From Antechinus flavipes (Eukaryota), in NCBI RefSeq assembly GCF_016432865.1, contig NC_067399.1:501022001-501086000 (forward strand): 64,000 nt of DNA, in the 5' to 3' direction. The number at the start of each line of letters is the position of its first letter. Position 1 is the first letter of the stretch. Position numbers and translations under genes: made by a program. The notes beneath the pieces are model-generated. The model made no database searches and was not told where the DNA came from. It saw only the letters and a program-made list of their open reading frames with translations. Positions 37,485-57,000 of this stretch are shown one piece after another.

Positions 37485-39153
37485 CAGAACACATTAGTAA
37501 CCTTAGGCCTTTGGACTGTTGTTTCTGATTTATAACTTAGAAAACCTGCAAGTAATTCTCCTGTCCCCTATCCCTCTATTCTGTTCCCTTAAAAGATGTG
37601 AATGAGAATTTTAAAGTATAAATAAAAATAAAGATGAAATTTTATCATTTGATATATGTCTTCCTTTCAGTAGTTTGTTATTTAGCAATTTTTAAACAAA
37701 AACACTTTTTTACTAGTTCTTTAATTAAACTGACAATTTTTATGAGATTTAGCCTGAGAAACGATTTTAAACTTATTTTAGGCTCTAAAGTTATAGAAGT
37801 TTGGAGAATAAAAATTGTATTTTTTCATAATAGCTTAGTAATATTGGGCAGACTCACCATACCTATGAGGAGTACAAAGCTTATTTTCATTCATGTAAGC
37901 TTAATCATTTGGGGAATCAAAATTGTTACATACAATGTTTTTGTCAGAACTTACAAAATCTTTTTCTACATAAAATACCATATTCATAAAACTCTTTGCA
38001 AACTTTTAAGTGCTATACAAATGCTAGCTATTAGGAGTAATGTTTAACAGCACAGAAAATGATTATATACAAAATGTGTGAAAACCTGGTGAAAAATTGA
38101 AAGCAAATTGATGTTTCTTGTCGTGATTCAGTTATATAGCACTTGTCTTTTATAAAGCATTTTTGTCATTTCACCCTAAAAAGAGATTATCTTAATTTTT
38201 TTACAGATAAGGAAATAGGCTCAGGTAGGTAAAATCATGTGGGCAGTGGTAGAGCTGTTAAGTACCAAAGTCTGAATTCAAGCCAGGCTTTGGAATTCAG
38301 TCTTGCCACTCTGCCATGCTGTCTCTTAGCCATATACAATTTGGAATCAAACTATGTTATTAGACATGTAAAGGCCCTCTTAAACTTAGGCATGACCTCC
38401 GTGCTGATTTGAGATAAATGTGTGGCTGTTTTCAAATAACTGAAAAGTTCTTAAGTGTGATTTAGTGGGAAAAGTACTGGCTTTGGGGTTCAAAGATCCA
38501 GGTTTCAGTTCCAATTCTATTACTTAAGAACCTCTCTGACTTTGGGTAAATTCCACTCTCCACTTCCAGTCTGTTTCCACATCTGTAAAATGAGGAATGG
38601 AAGCAGAAGAAAGGCAAGAAGAGTTCCTTTTAGCTCACAATTCCATGGCACTTTGTAGCATTTGTAGATTTGTTTGTAGCAGAAGTGCTCAGACCTAGGG
38701 CCAATGAGCAGAAGTTAGAATGAGGCAGAGATGTGCTTTGTGGACACTGTTCACATGGTAAAGTTACAACTTTTCTGTTACTGTTTGCATCTTGGTTAAA
38801 TGATCATCTGTCAGTGAGGTTTTAGAGTTTTGATTTAGGTATGAGGTCAGACTAGATATCCTTCTAAAAATCTAAGACTGTATGAGTTCTAGATAACTGT
38901 CTTTTAGATGCAATTCCTAAAAACTTATTACCAAAAGGAGGGTGTATCTCCATGAGGCAAAGTTTTCTTCTAAAATGCATCATAATATTTAATCTCAACT
39001 ACTTCTAGCTATCAAACAAATGTTCAGAATTTTTCTCTTCATTCTAACCCAATAGTTTATATATCTTAATGATGTGTGAAGTGTACAAGGCAAGGGCTTT
39101 CAGGACTTATTTTTTCCCCTGAAGAAATGTATTCACAGATTAGAAAATCAAAT

Positions 39154-39159
39154 TTTATT
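39154..39159 (-). terminator. TOR1A: Candidate TOR1A polyadenylation signal
   Basis: AATAAA on minus about 1.15 kb after the stop, U-rich downstream; a second AATAAA lies about 50 nt upstream. Confidence 0.45.
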
Positions 39160-40149
39160 GAAAAACCAGTTATTTATAAATAAAAACACTATCCTCAGCA
39201 TCTTTATTAGATGCATGTACATTTCCAAGGTTTCCAAGCCAAGGAAGAAGATGGTTTTGTTAATCCCTTTATCATAAAAGCAAAAACTGGTCATTATAGA
39301 GAAGAGCTTTAAAATGTGGCAGAATTCACCACATATAAATAAGGAATGCAGGTACATAAAGAGTACAGTTGCTCTTCCTTCGGAGCAAGGCATCATGAGT
39401 AAAAAGTGAGATGGACACAAATGGGATATTATTTGGCCTTCCTTTTCATGTTTCTAGTCATATACTGAAAACATTCAAAATGCCATGTTACTTTCATTTG
39501 AAGAACAATACTGTTTTTACAAACTCACTGTTTCAGTTCTTATAAGTTTTGCTAATTACCAGTTTTAGTACCACTGCAATGAACTTGCTTGAAAAGACAT
39601 TTTAAGGCTTTTTGTGACACAAGCACAGCCTCAAAAGTTCATCTTCTCAAGTAGTTTTCCTTTATTTAAAAACTCTCAGCTCCTGGGGGCAGAAGTGACA
39701 ATTTCAATTACCCTCTTCTCACAGATTGCTTTCTCTCTATTCCTGTCCCTGGGCTACACCAATACAAATCTAGGAAATGCCTTCCAGATTACTGATGCTT
39801 CTGTACTAAAGACATGATCATTATCAAGTTGGGGTTTGTTGTTGTTGTTTTTGTAAATTCTTAAACCTCAAAATTTAAACTCTCTAAGCATAATTTCTCA
39901 TGATGTTAAAAACTATTTTGAGTCAACTCATATTTTTCATAAAACTTACTTGTCTTCTTGAAACAAAAACTTGTCATTTGAAACTTGATTTAAAAAAATC
40001 ATAGGCACTGTTATAAATATGTTAAATAATGGATGACTTCTTTCATTGGTGCTGTTCCCATATAAGTGAGGGAGGCAGATCCAGGTTTTTGAAAAGGTTC
40101 GATGGGTACTGCAGATTCTTCTGAATAAAAAAATGCAAGGAGAAATCCC

Positions 40150-40183
<34 letters not shown>

Positions 40184-40301
40184 CTCAAAATTCATTTTCC
40201 TCCTCATCTAGGAAAAGGAATTTGGAAAAAGAAAAAAAAAAACAAGTGTTTCCATTTTGAGTACTTTCTTTTTCAATGCAAATAAATGCATCCTGAAATA
40301 T

Positions 40302-46580
<6,279 letters not shown>

Positions 46581-47026
46581 CAGGACTATTTTACACACTT
46601 AAAAATTACTGAGGATGCTAGCTAGACCTGGAGAGAAGAAGACCTGAATTCAAATACGACTATGTTTCCTTGGCAAGTAAGTCATTCAACCTCTGTCTGC
46701 CTTAGGTTCTTCAACGCAAAGTGAGAATAGTCATCCAAGTCAGGGCAGCTATCTAGAACCTGGACTCAAAACAATGTGCACTTTTTTGTTTCATGAAAGG
46801 GGGTCGTTGTTAGCCCCCATTACCAAACTGCCCACCAGTCATGTGAATCTCACTCCCATGATGTCACTTACCCTGCAGTTCTTCATTCTACTTCCCAAAT
46901 CCCCATAAATTTACCTGCTTGCTTCTTACTCTTTTCCTCTCTTGAAATTTAGCCCACTTTAATTGGTATTACAATTATAATAAAATTTTACCTCGGCTTA
47001 GAAATTATCCAAGCTTCCAAATTCTT

Positions 47027-47175
47027 GGGTGTTTTTTTCTCCTGAGGCAATTGGGGTTAAGTGACTTGCCCAGGGTCACACAGCTAAGAAGTGTTAAGTG
47101 TCTGAGGTCATATTTGAACTCAGTTCCTTTTGACTTCAGGGCTGGTATTCTATCCACTGCACCACCTAGCTGCCC
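47027..47175 (-). mobile_element. Young WSINE1-like SINE upstream of TOR1A
   Basis: Perfect 18-bp TSD ccaagcttccaaattctt at 47009-47026 and 47176-47193. Confidence 0.9.
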
Positions 47176-50100
47176 CCAAGCTTCCAAATTCTTTTGGGAT
47201 ACCTGAACACCAGTCCAGGATCCCAAGATATTTTAGGGATACCCTCCATCCTGAACCCCAAGAACATCCCCATTTTTTTCATTTTACAGATGGGGAAACA
47301 GGCTCAGGAAGGTTAAGTGCCTTGACGAAAATTGCATAGGTTGTAAACTATTGCTAAGATTGGATTTAACCCCGCCTCTTGGTCTCCAGAACCAATGAGC
47401 ATTTTACAAACTAGTCAGGCCCAGAAAAGGTAAATGCCCAAGAAATTAAGGATAATAAGTAGCAGAATTTTGATTCAAGACTTTGTTTCATTCCCTCACA
47501 GATCATCTAAGCACCTGTTAATATAGTGCTGCCAATGCTGGGTCCATGACCACCTCTTAAGGATCATTGGGTAGGCATTATGCTGAATTCTAAATATTGA
47601 ATTTAATAGAACCACTGTTAGCATAGAAAACATGAGGATAGACTTCAATACCCAAAGTGGCCACATACTTCTCAAATCCACCAGTCAAGTGATGTAAACA
47701 TTTGTAAAATGTGGTTTTTTTCTACTGCTGTTATCCCCAACACAAGCTTGAACTGAATGTAGAGTTTTCCTTGGGCATCCTTGGTGATGTTCTAGAAGCA
47801 TCTGCCTTTGCCTGAATGGATTCCAAGTTAAGTGCATTTCCCTCTGCACATTGCCTTAACTTCAATAGGACTGAGTTTTCTTTTCTATAAAATGAGGTAA
47901 CTGGCCTCCAAGATCTCTTACAGGCCTGAGGTTGTGTGATTCTTGACACAAAAACTGACTAGATGGTATTACTGCCTCCTACATACTAAAAGTGTTAGGA
48001 ATACAAAGATTAAAAATGAAAATATGCCCTTAAAAATCTTACAATGACATTCAATATACTGAAAATACATCTCCATAGATATATACAATATATTTTTTTA
48101 ATACCTGATGTGTAATTTCATAGGTATGCAGAACTCTCCCTACCAATGTAGATTGGCTTGTCAGTCAATCAGCCATCAGCCAATAAACATTAAGTGCCCA
48201 TTACAGACCAGGCAGGGTGCTCAGGGTTAGGGATACAAAGAAAGGTAAAGCAAAATCTCTGCCCTCAAGGAGCACACAATCTAAAGAGGTAATCATGTAA
48301 AAAAACTATGTACAAAGTACGGACAGGATATACTGTAGATAATCAATGGAGGACAAATATGGAAATTTAAGATCATTGTACATGATAATCAATGGAGGGA
48401 AGGGATTAGAATTGAGGGAATGAAGAAGGTTCATATAGGTGGGGATTTAGCTAGAATTTGAAGTCAGGAGGTAGATATGAGGAAGGAGAGCATTCTAGGC
48501 ATGGGAGCAGCCACAGAAAATGCCCACTGAAGAGATGGAATGTCTTGTTCAAGGAAAAACAAGGAAGTCAATGTCCCTGGATACTAGAGCATATGATGGG
48601 ACAGAGGTGAGGGCCTTCGTTCTAAGGCATAGTTAAGTCAATCATGTCAAGTCTATCACTTATGAATGAAATGCCTGGCTTATGAATGCCAGGGCTAGGG
48701 CTCAACACCTACAAAAATTGAGATAAATGTCATCTTCAAGCAGGTTATAGTTTTTTTTAAAAATAGTTTTGTTTATATCATTTTCATATCACCTATTATA
48801 TCCCAATGTTCCTTTTTTTGGGGGACCCCCCAGAGAACCTTTCTTTATAATTGTAATAGGACACTGACCAAAGAGGATTCACTCTTCCTGAGGTTAATTG
48901 CCTGTTTGATAAGCTTGCTTCTCAGTGTCAGCTACGGAAGAAAGGAAGGGATTACTCTCCTATTCAGCATACCCTGGCCATTTTATGCTCATTTACTAAT
49001 TACTCAACAAAAAAAAGGCTTTTTTAGTTGCTTGCTAAGCCACAATGCATTAGGGGCCACACAAGGTTTTTTTTTTGTTTTTTTTTTCCTCTTCATGGTG
49101 GACAAGGTGATATCTGCTCTTAAGCATCTAGATAGTAGAGGGAGCATGAGGGCTAGCAACCTGGTCTCACACCTGGCTCTGAATAGGTCTTTTTCTTTTG
49201 TCCACTTGAGTGTGTCTTTCTTGATTTTAGGTGATGCATTGGAAATGAACTAAGCTGTGGACCCTGTAAATTTTGACAGATCAGAAGAGTCACAAGTGAG
49301 CAAGGATCTAGAGTCCATCCTAGAGTCTGTCATTATCATCAGCAGTAGCAGCAGCAGTAAAGAAGCATCAGCATTGCTATTTGGAGTGAACTGCCTGACC
49401 TCGTCCCAGCAGTGGTTAGATTAATAAAGAAGTAACTTTTTCAGCAGGTAGTTCACATTCCCAAGTAGGCTTGTGGGGCAAATATTTCCTGGCAGCAGCT
49501 CTAAACTGAAGCTCACTCTCTTCAGGCACTGAAGTGGTACAGACCCTATTATGAAAGGGATATTTGTCTTTCTCACCAATGTGTCTTCTCAGCAAATATC
49601 CTTTGGTAAAAGCTAACTGATATTATTGGTTAAATGATACCAGGATGCTCATCACTAGAGCAATAAATACTAATTGGGAAACGTGTTGGAATAGGGGATT
49701 GAGCCAATGATATTAGACATTTCCAACTCTTCAGGGATTTATTCCTATTAACCAAAGGAGAGACGGAGCCCGCCCTCTGGGGACCTGTCTGCAGTAGGGA
49801 GGCAGAGTGGGAGCAGGAGCTGGAATAACAATCCCAAGTGTTTAAGGACTACATAACAATAAAAGAGGAAAAGAGTACCGCAAAACTACACAACACATTT
49901 ATGTTATCTGACATATATTCAGTGTCCACACCCACAGTCCTCCACATCTGTAAAGAAATGGTACCTTCTAATATCTCTTCCTTGGGTTCAAGGTTGGTCT
50001 TCATAATTTCACAGTATCCAGTTTCCATTGTTATTTCCATTTCCATTGTTCAATTAATTATACATTTAATTTCCTGGTTCTGTCAACTTCAGTTTACACC

Positions 50101-52269
50101 ACTTGATATTTTCTCATGCTATCACCTTAGCTCCCATCTTCTCTAACTCACTACCATCCTTTTCATTTCTTCTTCTTAAACTTTATTCAGATCAATACTA
50201 CCATTGCTTTTGGAAAGAACATGTCAATTAAATGTTATTCCCCTCACCATCTCTGAGACTTTGCAAACTAAAACAACCTTTCTTAGCCACCACTTCCCCC
50301 CTTAGAATGTTACTCTTTGAAGGGCAGGGACTGTCTTCACTTTTTGATATTTATATCTCCAGTGCTTGGCATATTGTAAATATTTGCTAAGTGCTTTTTA
50401 AATACATTTATTTCAACCTTAGATTGCTCCTTGGAGAAAAGTTCATCACTGTAATCATACTCACACCATTACAGCATAAAAGATTCTGCCAGACTCCTCT
50501 AAAACCCAGGTCACCTCCTGCCACACACAGCATCAAAGCAGGACTTTAGTGGAAGCCAGTCCTCGCTGAATTATCAGATCATGGAATTTTAGAGACCCAT
50601 TTTCCTTTCTGAGCTGATCTCTACACCTCTCTCTGAAAGGCACAGTAGATACTGATTGAATGAGGGCAAGTCAATAAAGGAGTACTAATACATCTGTACT
50701 ACAATAATCACCACTGTGACCCAGAGCAAATCATTGAATCTTGACAAACCTCAGTTTCCTCACTTGTAAAATGAGAAGATTGGATTAGACGACATCTATT
50801 CAAGCGCCATATCAACAATCTTATAATACAGCTCACAAATCTATAGCACTTCACAACTAATCACAAAACACTTTCCTCACAAGCCTGAGGTAGGTAGTGT
50901 AAGTATATTATTAGTTTAATGAATGAATGAAAAAGCATTCATTAGATGCTTACTATGTGTTAATCTCAAAAGGCAAGGTGAATAATCCCTCACATTTGTA
51001 AAGTACTTTACATTTATTCTCTTGACAGGCCCTAAAATATCACATTTTGGACCTGACTTTCCTTGAATCAAAATTTTCAGCCTGTAGCACAAACTTTTGG
51101 GAGCATTTTAGGAGTTTTCAAGCCTCCTATTTCAAGATGATCACTGACTATTCCTTCCAGAAGGAGGCCTATTTTGAAAAAAAGGAAGCCTACAATCCAA
51201 GTGGCAATGTTTTTTAATATCAAGTAATTTTGTGAAACATCAATTCCTTATAAATCAGGTTTTTAAAAAATATCTTTTGAGGGAGATTTGAAAGTTCATT
51301 TTAGTCACTCAGGTTCACCCCGGAGTTTAAGAATATAAAACCTTAGCTCCCTGGGCATCCGAAATGCCAGGCACCAGCAGATCTGGCAGAAGGTAAATAT
51401 CTCCCAGATAGATTTGAAGTGTCTGGTTTTAATTTCTATTTAAGAATTATGAATTATTTTATGTAATTATTAAAACATCCAGTTATAACTTCTTGATAGA
51501 GAAATAAATTGTATAGAACAACCAATAAGATTCTGGGAAAGTCAGAAAAGCCACTGTTGTCTCCTTAACTCTATCCTGGATTTCTTTGCTGTTCTTGTTT
51601 TCTTCCTTTTAAAAAACAAGCACTACAGGATTACAAAGTACTTACTTGATTTTCACAACACCTTTTGAGGTAAGGTAATATAGTTATTAATCACCCCATT
51701 TTACAGACAAGGAAAGTGTGGCTCAAGGGGAAAGGAAGACTTACTCAAGGTCACACAGCAAGTGACAAATTTCTGTCCTGTGAATACTTCTTAAACAAGA
51801 TTTCCTAACTAAGCTAAGAATCAATACTTGGGCATAAGAAAATAGTTTAAAGAATAAAATCACATAAATCCTGTGCCTATTTCACATGACCCAAATATCA
51901 AAAGAAAACCAACTTATTTACAAAAGAGATTTGGAAATAGGAACAAGAATACTATTTGACCAAAAAGAAAAAAAAAAGGAAAACCTCACAGCTTAATGAG
52001 GTTAATCCATATCTTAAGAAAACTTGGCAGGTAACATGCAAGATCATTACATTTGAAGTTCATATGTCACATTCATAAACATACTTATTTGCAAAAAAAA
52101 AAATTAGTAATAATTTTTAAACTCTAAAAAGATTATAAAACTACACAGTCTAAAGAGATCAAAAAGAAACAAACTTTTCTTTCTGTGATATTTACACTGC
52201 ATCTTGTTCTTGACAAAAAATAAACTCTCTGCAAAAATCCCCTCCCCACCTACTCCCATTAAGTTAATA

Positions 52270-52361
52270 TCAGTATCGTCTGTTCATCTTCTTAAACTTC
52301 TCATAATGATAATCATCGGTTGCCTTTTCATTGGGGGGGCGCTTTCTATTTGGAGGAGACT
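52270..52361 (-). CDS. C9orf78: C9orf78 exon 9 (stop)
   Basis: tttaag| acceptor, KSPPNRKRPPNEKATDDYHYEKFKKMNRRY-TGA. Confidence 0.96.
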
Positions 52362-53991
52362 CTTAAAGAAAAAAAAAAGAAGAAAAATATGTCAGCCATA
52401 GCTTAAAACCGAACATCTTAGGCAACAAATATCAGCAGTTACTATGCACTTGGTTAAGGTGAAGGGAAGATGGCAATGTTCAAGTAGGAGCTTCCAGGAC
52501 AGATTCCTGTGATTTTCTTGCTAGGGGATTCCCTACAAATGAGAACTGGAGAGGAGAGTCACAGGAGATAAAAAATTCTTCTCTTTTGCCACTCTGATCA
52601 CATGCCTCTTAGAATACAGCCAAGGGAACCTCAAGGCCAATCCCACCCAGTAACAGATGTCAAGAGGACCAGGCCAAACAAGCAGACATGGATTAAATAG
52701 CATTGTTTAAGGCCAAAAATAATAGCAGTCAAAAGAGAAAGAAAATAGAAAACTATGATTTTTCTATTTAGGATAAAAGGAAAAGCCTAATAGTGCTGGG
52801 CTTTTGGAGATAAAGAAGGTAGGGCAGAGTCCCAGAGCACCTCCTTTCAGGGAACATGTTCAGGAGCAACTACCAATGGGGGCCCCTTGTCTGCTTAGTT
52901 TGCTGGGTTTTCAAGAGAAATATGCAAGATTTTGAAAGGGTTATAACAAAATCAGCCTTAGATAAAATATGCAGAACATAGTCTCTAAAAAAAATCTTGC
53001 TATTGAATGCCTTTTTCTTCTCTTTCCTGTCCTTGCCATTTGTCAAGGACTCCCCCCTAAATTCCAAAGCAAGGAAGTACAGAGACACTTGCTCTTACTC
53101 TCAGGTTCTGGCTTCTCTGTGTCTCCCACCCTGAGAGGTCGGGTTTTCGGCTCCTCTTTGTGCCTCCGAACTGGGGCGTTGAGCTCTTCATGATAAACTA
53201 ATAGGGAATAATTGAACAACAAATTCAGCAAACATTGAGAAGCACCTACTGTGTGCAGCTCACTCACAAGTTAAGGACTCCAACTATGTTCCTGCCCACA
53301 CAGTGGAACAGAAGTAAGAGAAAGGGCATTTGGCCTGGCCACTGTGGTGATCTGAGAGAGGAAGGCGGGGCCTGAGAGACACTTACATCGGTTGTGTTGC
53401 ACATAATTCACAGCCATGTTGGTGGGAACAAAAGACGTTTCACTGTCTTTCTTTTTGTTCTGTTGCTCAGCCAGTAGGCGCGCCTTGGCATCCTCTGTCG
53501 AAATGATATTTTTTATTTTTGCACTATAGGGAAGAGAAGGAAAAATCACTTTATCTTAAAATATGGGAAATTCAAAAGCAAGAGTTAAGCCTGCCACCTT
53601 CCCTTCACCCTCACCAAGTGCACAAGAGACAGAAGATCATGAATTAGAAAGAAGCTGGGGGAAGAGTTCTTTACTAAGATTTTAACCAAGTCCACATGCA
53701 GAGGAGACCTTAAAGAGAAGGTACACATCCACATAAATAATTTTTGATTAATATATTGGTTTGTTACTATCCATACTATATTGTTAAATACATGTACTTG
53801 GTTACTATATTGATTTGCATTATTTTCTCTCTTTTAAAAAACAGCTGTTTTAAGCTGAAATGAAGAGGGATGATTAAGAAGGAAACTGAACTAATTGCTA
53901 CCAATTTCACTGTTAAGAAGAAAGTCGGAGGCCTCAAGGATCAAAATGCCTTGTTGAAAGCAATATTTAAAAACACTTTTACTTTTAACCA

Positions 53992-54073
<82 letters not shown>

Positions 54074-57000
54074 TTAGACTAACTTTGTGATTTTCACTGA
54101 CATAGGGACTTCCCAGGAAACTTCCACTTCCAATGCAGACTGGTACCTGCGCTGCCACTTCTAGCTTCTGAGTTACCTGGAATACCAAAAGGTTCCTTGA
54201 TTTGCCCAGAGTAACACAGCTAGTATGGATCAAGGGCAGGACTATTAACTCTGAAACCAATTCTTATCCCACTTTACTTTTTCATGGGAGGGAAAGATGG
54301 GGAGAAAGAAAACAACTTCAAAGACTGGGTTAAAAGAAGTAAGTGCTAATCAGCTCTCCAAACCACAACTTGTTCAGGGTATTGGTCCAGAATCCTTGTT
54401 AGCCCTCTCCAATTATATTTGCTATTCTTGAAGTAGCATGGAATGAACTGGGGACATTAAATTTATTTTTTATTTTTGCAACACTCCCCTTAAGTTCTAT
54501 CTAATGTGAACTGGTCAGTCAGGTAGCAGTATATAAAAAGTTCTAGATTTGGAGTCAAGAGGGCATGAGTTCCAATTGTGTCTCAGACACTTACTAGGTT
54601 ATAACATTAGTTAAGTCAATTAACTTCTGTCTACTTTATTTCTCCCATCTGTAAAATGAAAATGAAATGAAAACAGCACCTATTTCCAAGGATTGTTGAA
54701 AGAATCAAATGAACATAAATTGGAAGGTATTTTCCAAATGTTAAAGAGATATATATGCTAGTTATTAGAATGATTATTTTTATAAATATATTATTTCTAT
54801 TGATTGAAAGGATAAAGTAAGAGAATGAAACCTACTCAATGCCTAAGTCCACCTCAGGAATGCCACTCAGCATCTGGTTGGACAGCATCTCTTCTGTTTT
54901 CTTAGCTGAGGAGACTCGGATGCTCTCGGGGAGTTCATAGAGACAGTCTTCAGCATTCTTCAACTTCACCTTCAGTTCTTCATTTTCCATAATTCCTTTT
55001 CTCTTCTTTAATTCAGTTTCAATGTATTTCATCCTAGAATATACCAAGAGACAGCAAGTAGCTTACAAGGTAGGCTCTGATTTATCACCCTTCGGTTGGT
55101 CCAGCAGAAGAAAAAAGCATATTGAGGGGATCTTCAGGAACTACAGGGTAGGTAGAAAAGGTTGGGAGAATGGAAGACAGAAAGGAAGATGATTTTGAAG
55201 CCTTCTAGAAATTCCAAAAATTTCCCTTGCTTTAGTTGGGAAATAGGACTTAGAATCCACAATAAAAAGGTAATCTGTTCACACCCTAGAGAACAAAAAC
55301 ACTTACATGTCAGCATCTTCATCTCTTCGATTGGTTTCTGCTGAAAATGATGTCCCCAAGTTGAGATCCTCCTCTTCATTAATCCTAAATGGAGATAGAA
55401 GTATCTTTAATGTTGCTTTGGGGGAAAAAAATTATTCAGTTCATTTAAAAAAAATACATTGAAGAACATTTTGTCAGTCCTTTTTTCACACCTGCTGTTT
55501 CTTCCAATCTCTCTGAGGATGTACGTGAGTCTTCCTACTACTATGAGCAATCAAAATTGAGTACATTCACAGGAAGAGAAAATGTTCTCAACAGTTTCTA
55601 AAAATGTTTTCCACCAACCTGTCCTTATTTCTTTCCTTAATTTTCTTCATGTCCACCATTCCACCAGTGTTGATATTAAAGGGATCATCCTACCAAAAAA
55701 GAATGATGATAATGAAGACCAAATATGGTTTGTAAGTTCCATGAGAGACAATGATCATTTCTTATTTGTGTTTTTTATTACCTATAGTATAATTATCAGT
55801 GTTTGAACAGTACTGAGTGCTAGACTCTAAAGCACTTAGGATTCTGAATAAGTTACATCAATAAATGTTGGTTGATGTAGGACAGATAACCTTTTTAGAG
55901 GACAACCTACTTTCTGGAGGACAAATATGCTTTACTGAACTATAAACCACACTTTTAAAACCTACTAATCTTCCAGGGTCATCCTTCCTAGCCAAATATC
56001 ATGACATTCATCAAAGATGTCAGCAAAACTCACCACTAGAGTTGTTTCTTCCTGTACTTTCTCCCCAACCAGAAGGGCTACAGCACTGGGGGAAAAATGT
56101 GGGTACAATTCAAAGACAGAAAAATATAAAGCAGTCAATTCAAAAATTCATTACCCAAGCTGACAAAAAAAAAAAAAAAAAAGCTCATGTGAATAATGGC
56201 AGCCAAAAAGGCATGTTAGGAAAGATTATGTTTAAAAAACAAAACAAAACAAACAAAAAACCAAACCAACAAGACTAAAAGTGATACTAGATTTCCAACT
56301 TTACCGGTATGTTCTTAGGATTTAGAGGTAACCTCATCCAAGACTCCATTCCCTCCCACCCAAGTCACAAAGATAAAAAGGGCCAGCACTTGAACCTAGA
56401 TCTTGTGATTCCAAATGCAGCCCTCTCTCCATGATCTTTCCAAATTGAGAGGGACTCAAAATTTCTGCCAGTTCCTTCAGTTCCACAGGATGTAAAAAAT
56501 AAGATCGTGGTATCCCTCATATTCTCTAAATAATTTTTATCATGTCATTTTCAATGCAAAGGTCATTCCCTTGGTAGAGAAAACGGAAACAAAATACACG
56601 TTAAGCACCTCTTTTGTGTACTCTGTCTACTTCTCATTCTGAACTATTGACAAATGCCTAGAAAAAGCAGGGGAAGCCAGGTGGTAGATGAAACGCCTTA
56701 GTGTACAGTTTAACAGGGAAGATAGGCTATTTCAAGTAGTTGTACATTTGTTACAGCATTACACAAAGAGGACCCAGACATACTTTTCATCTTTTCTTCT
56801 GACTGTGGTCCACAATCCAAGGTGCCGGACCTACCTCACCCCTTTAGGTCGTCTCCTCAAGCTCTGAACTTCTTTGGTTTCCTCCAGTTTCAACCTGAAG
56901 ATAACATAGAGAAATGATTAAGCAACTCAAAAATCAAAATGAAATAAGGTCTGACTGTGAGGCTCTTTCCCCAGGGATCTATATTTCCAACTAAAGACAG

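Noticed and set aside
53870-54260. CVCVCV / HTHTHT ORFs
   Set aside because: Translations of the (GT)39 microsatellite.
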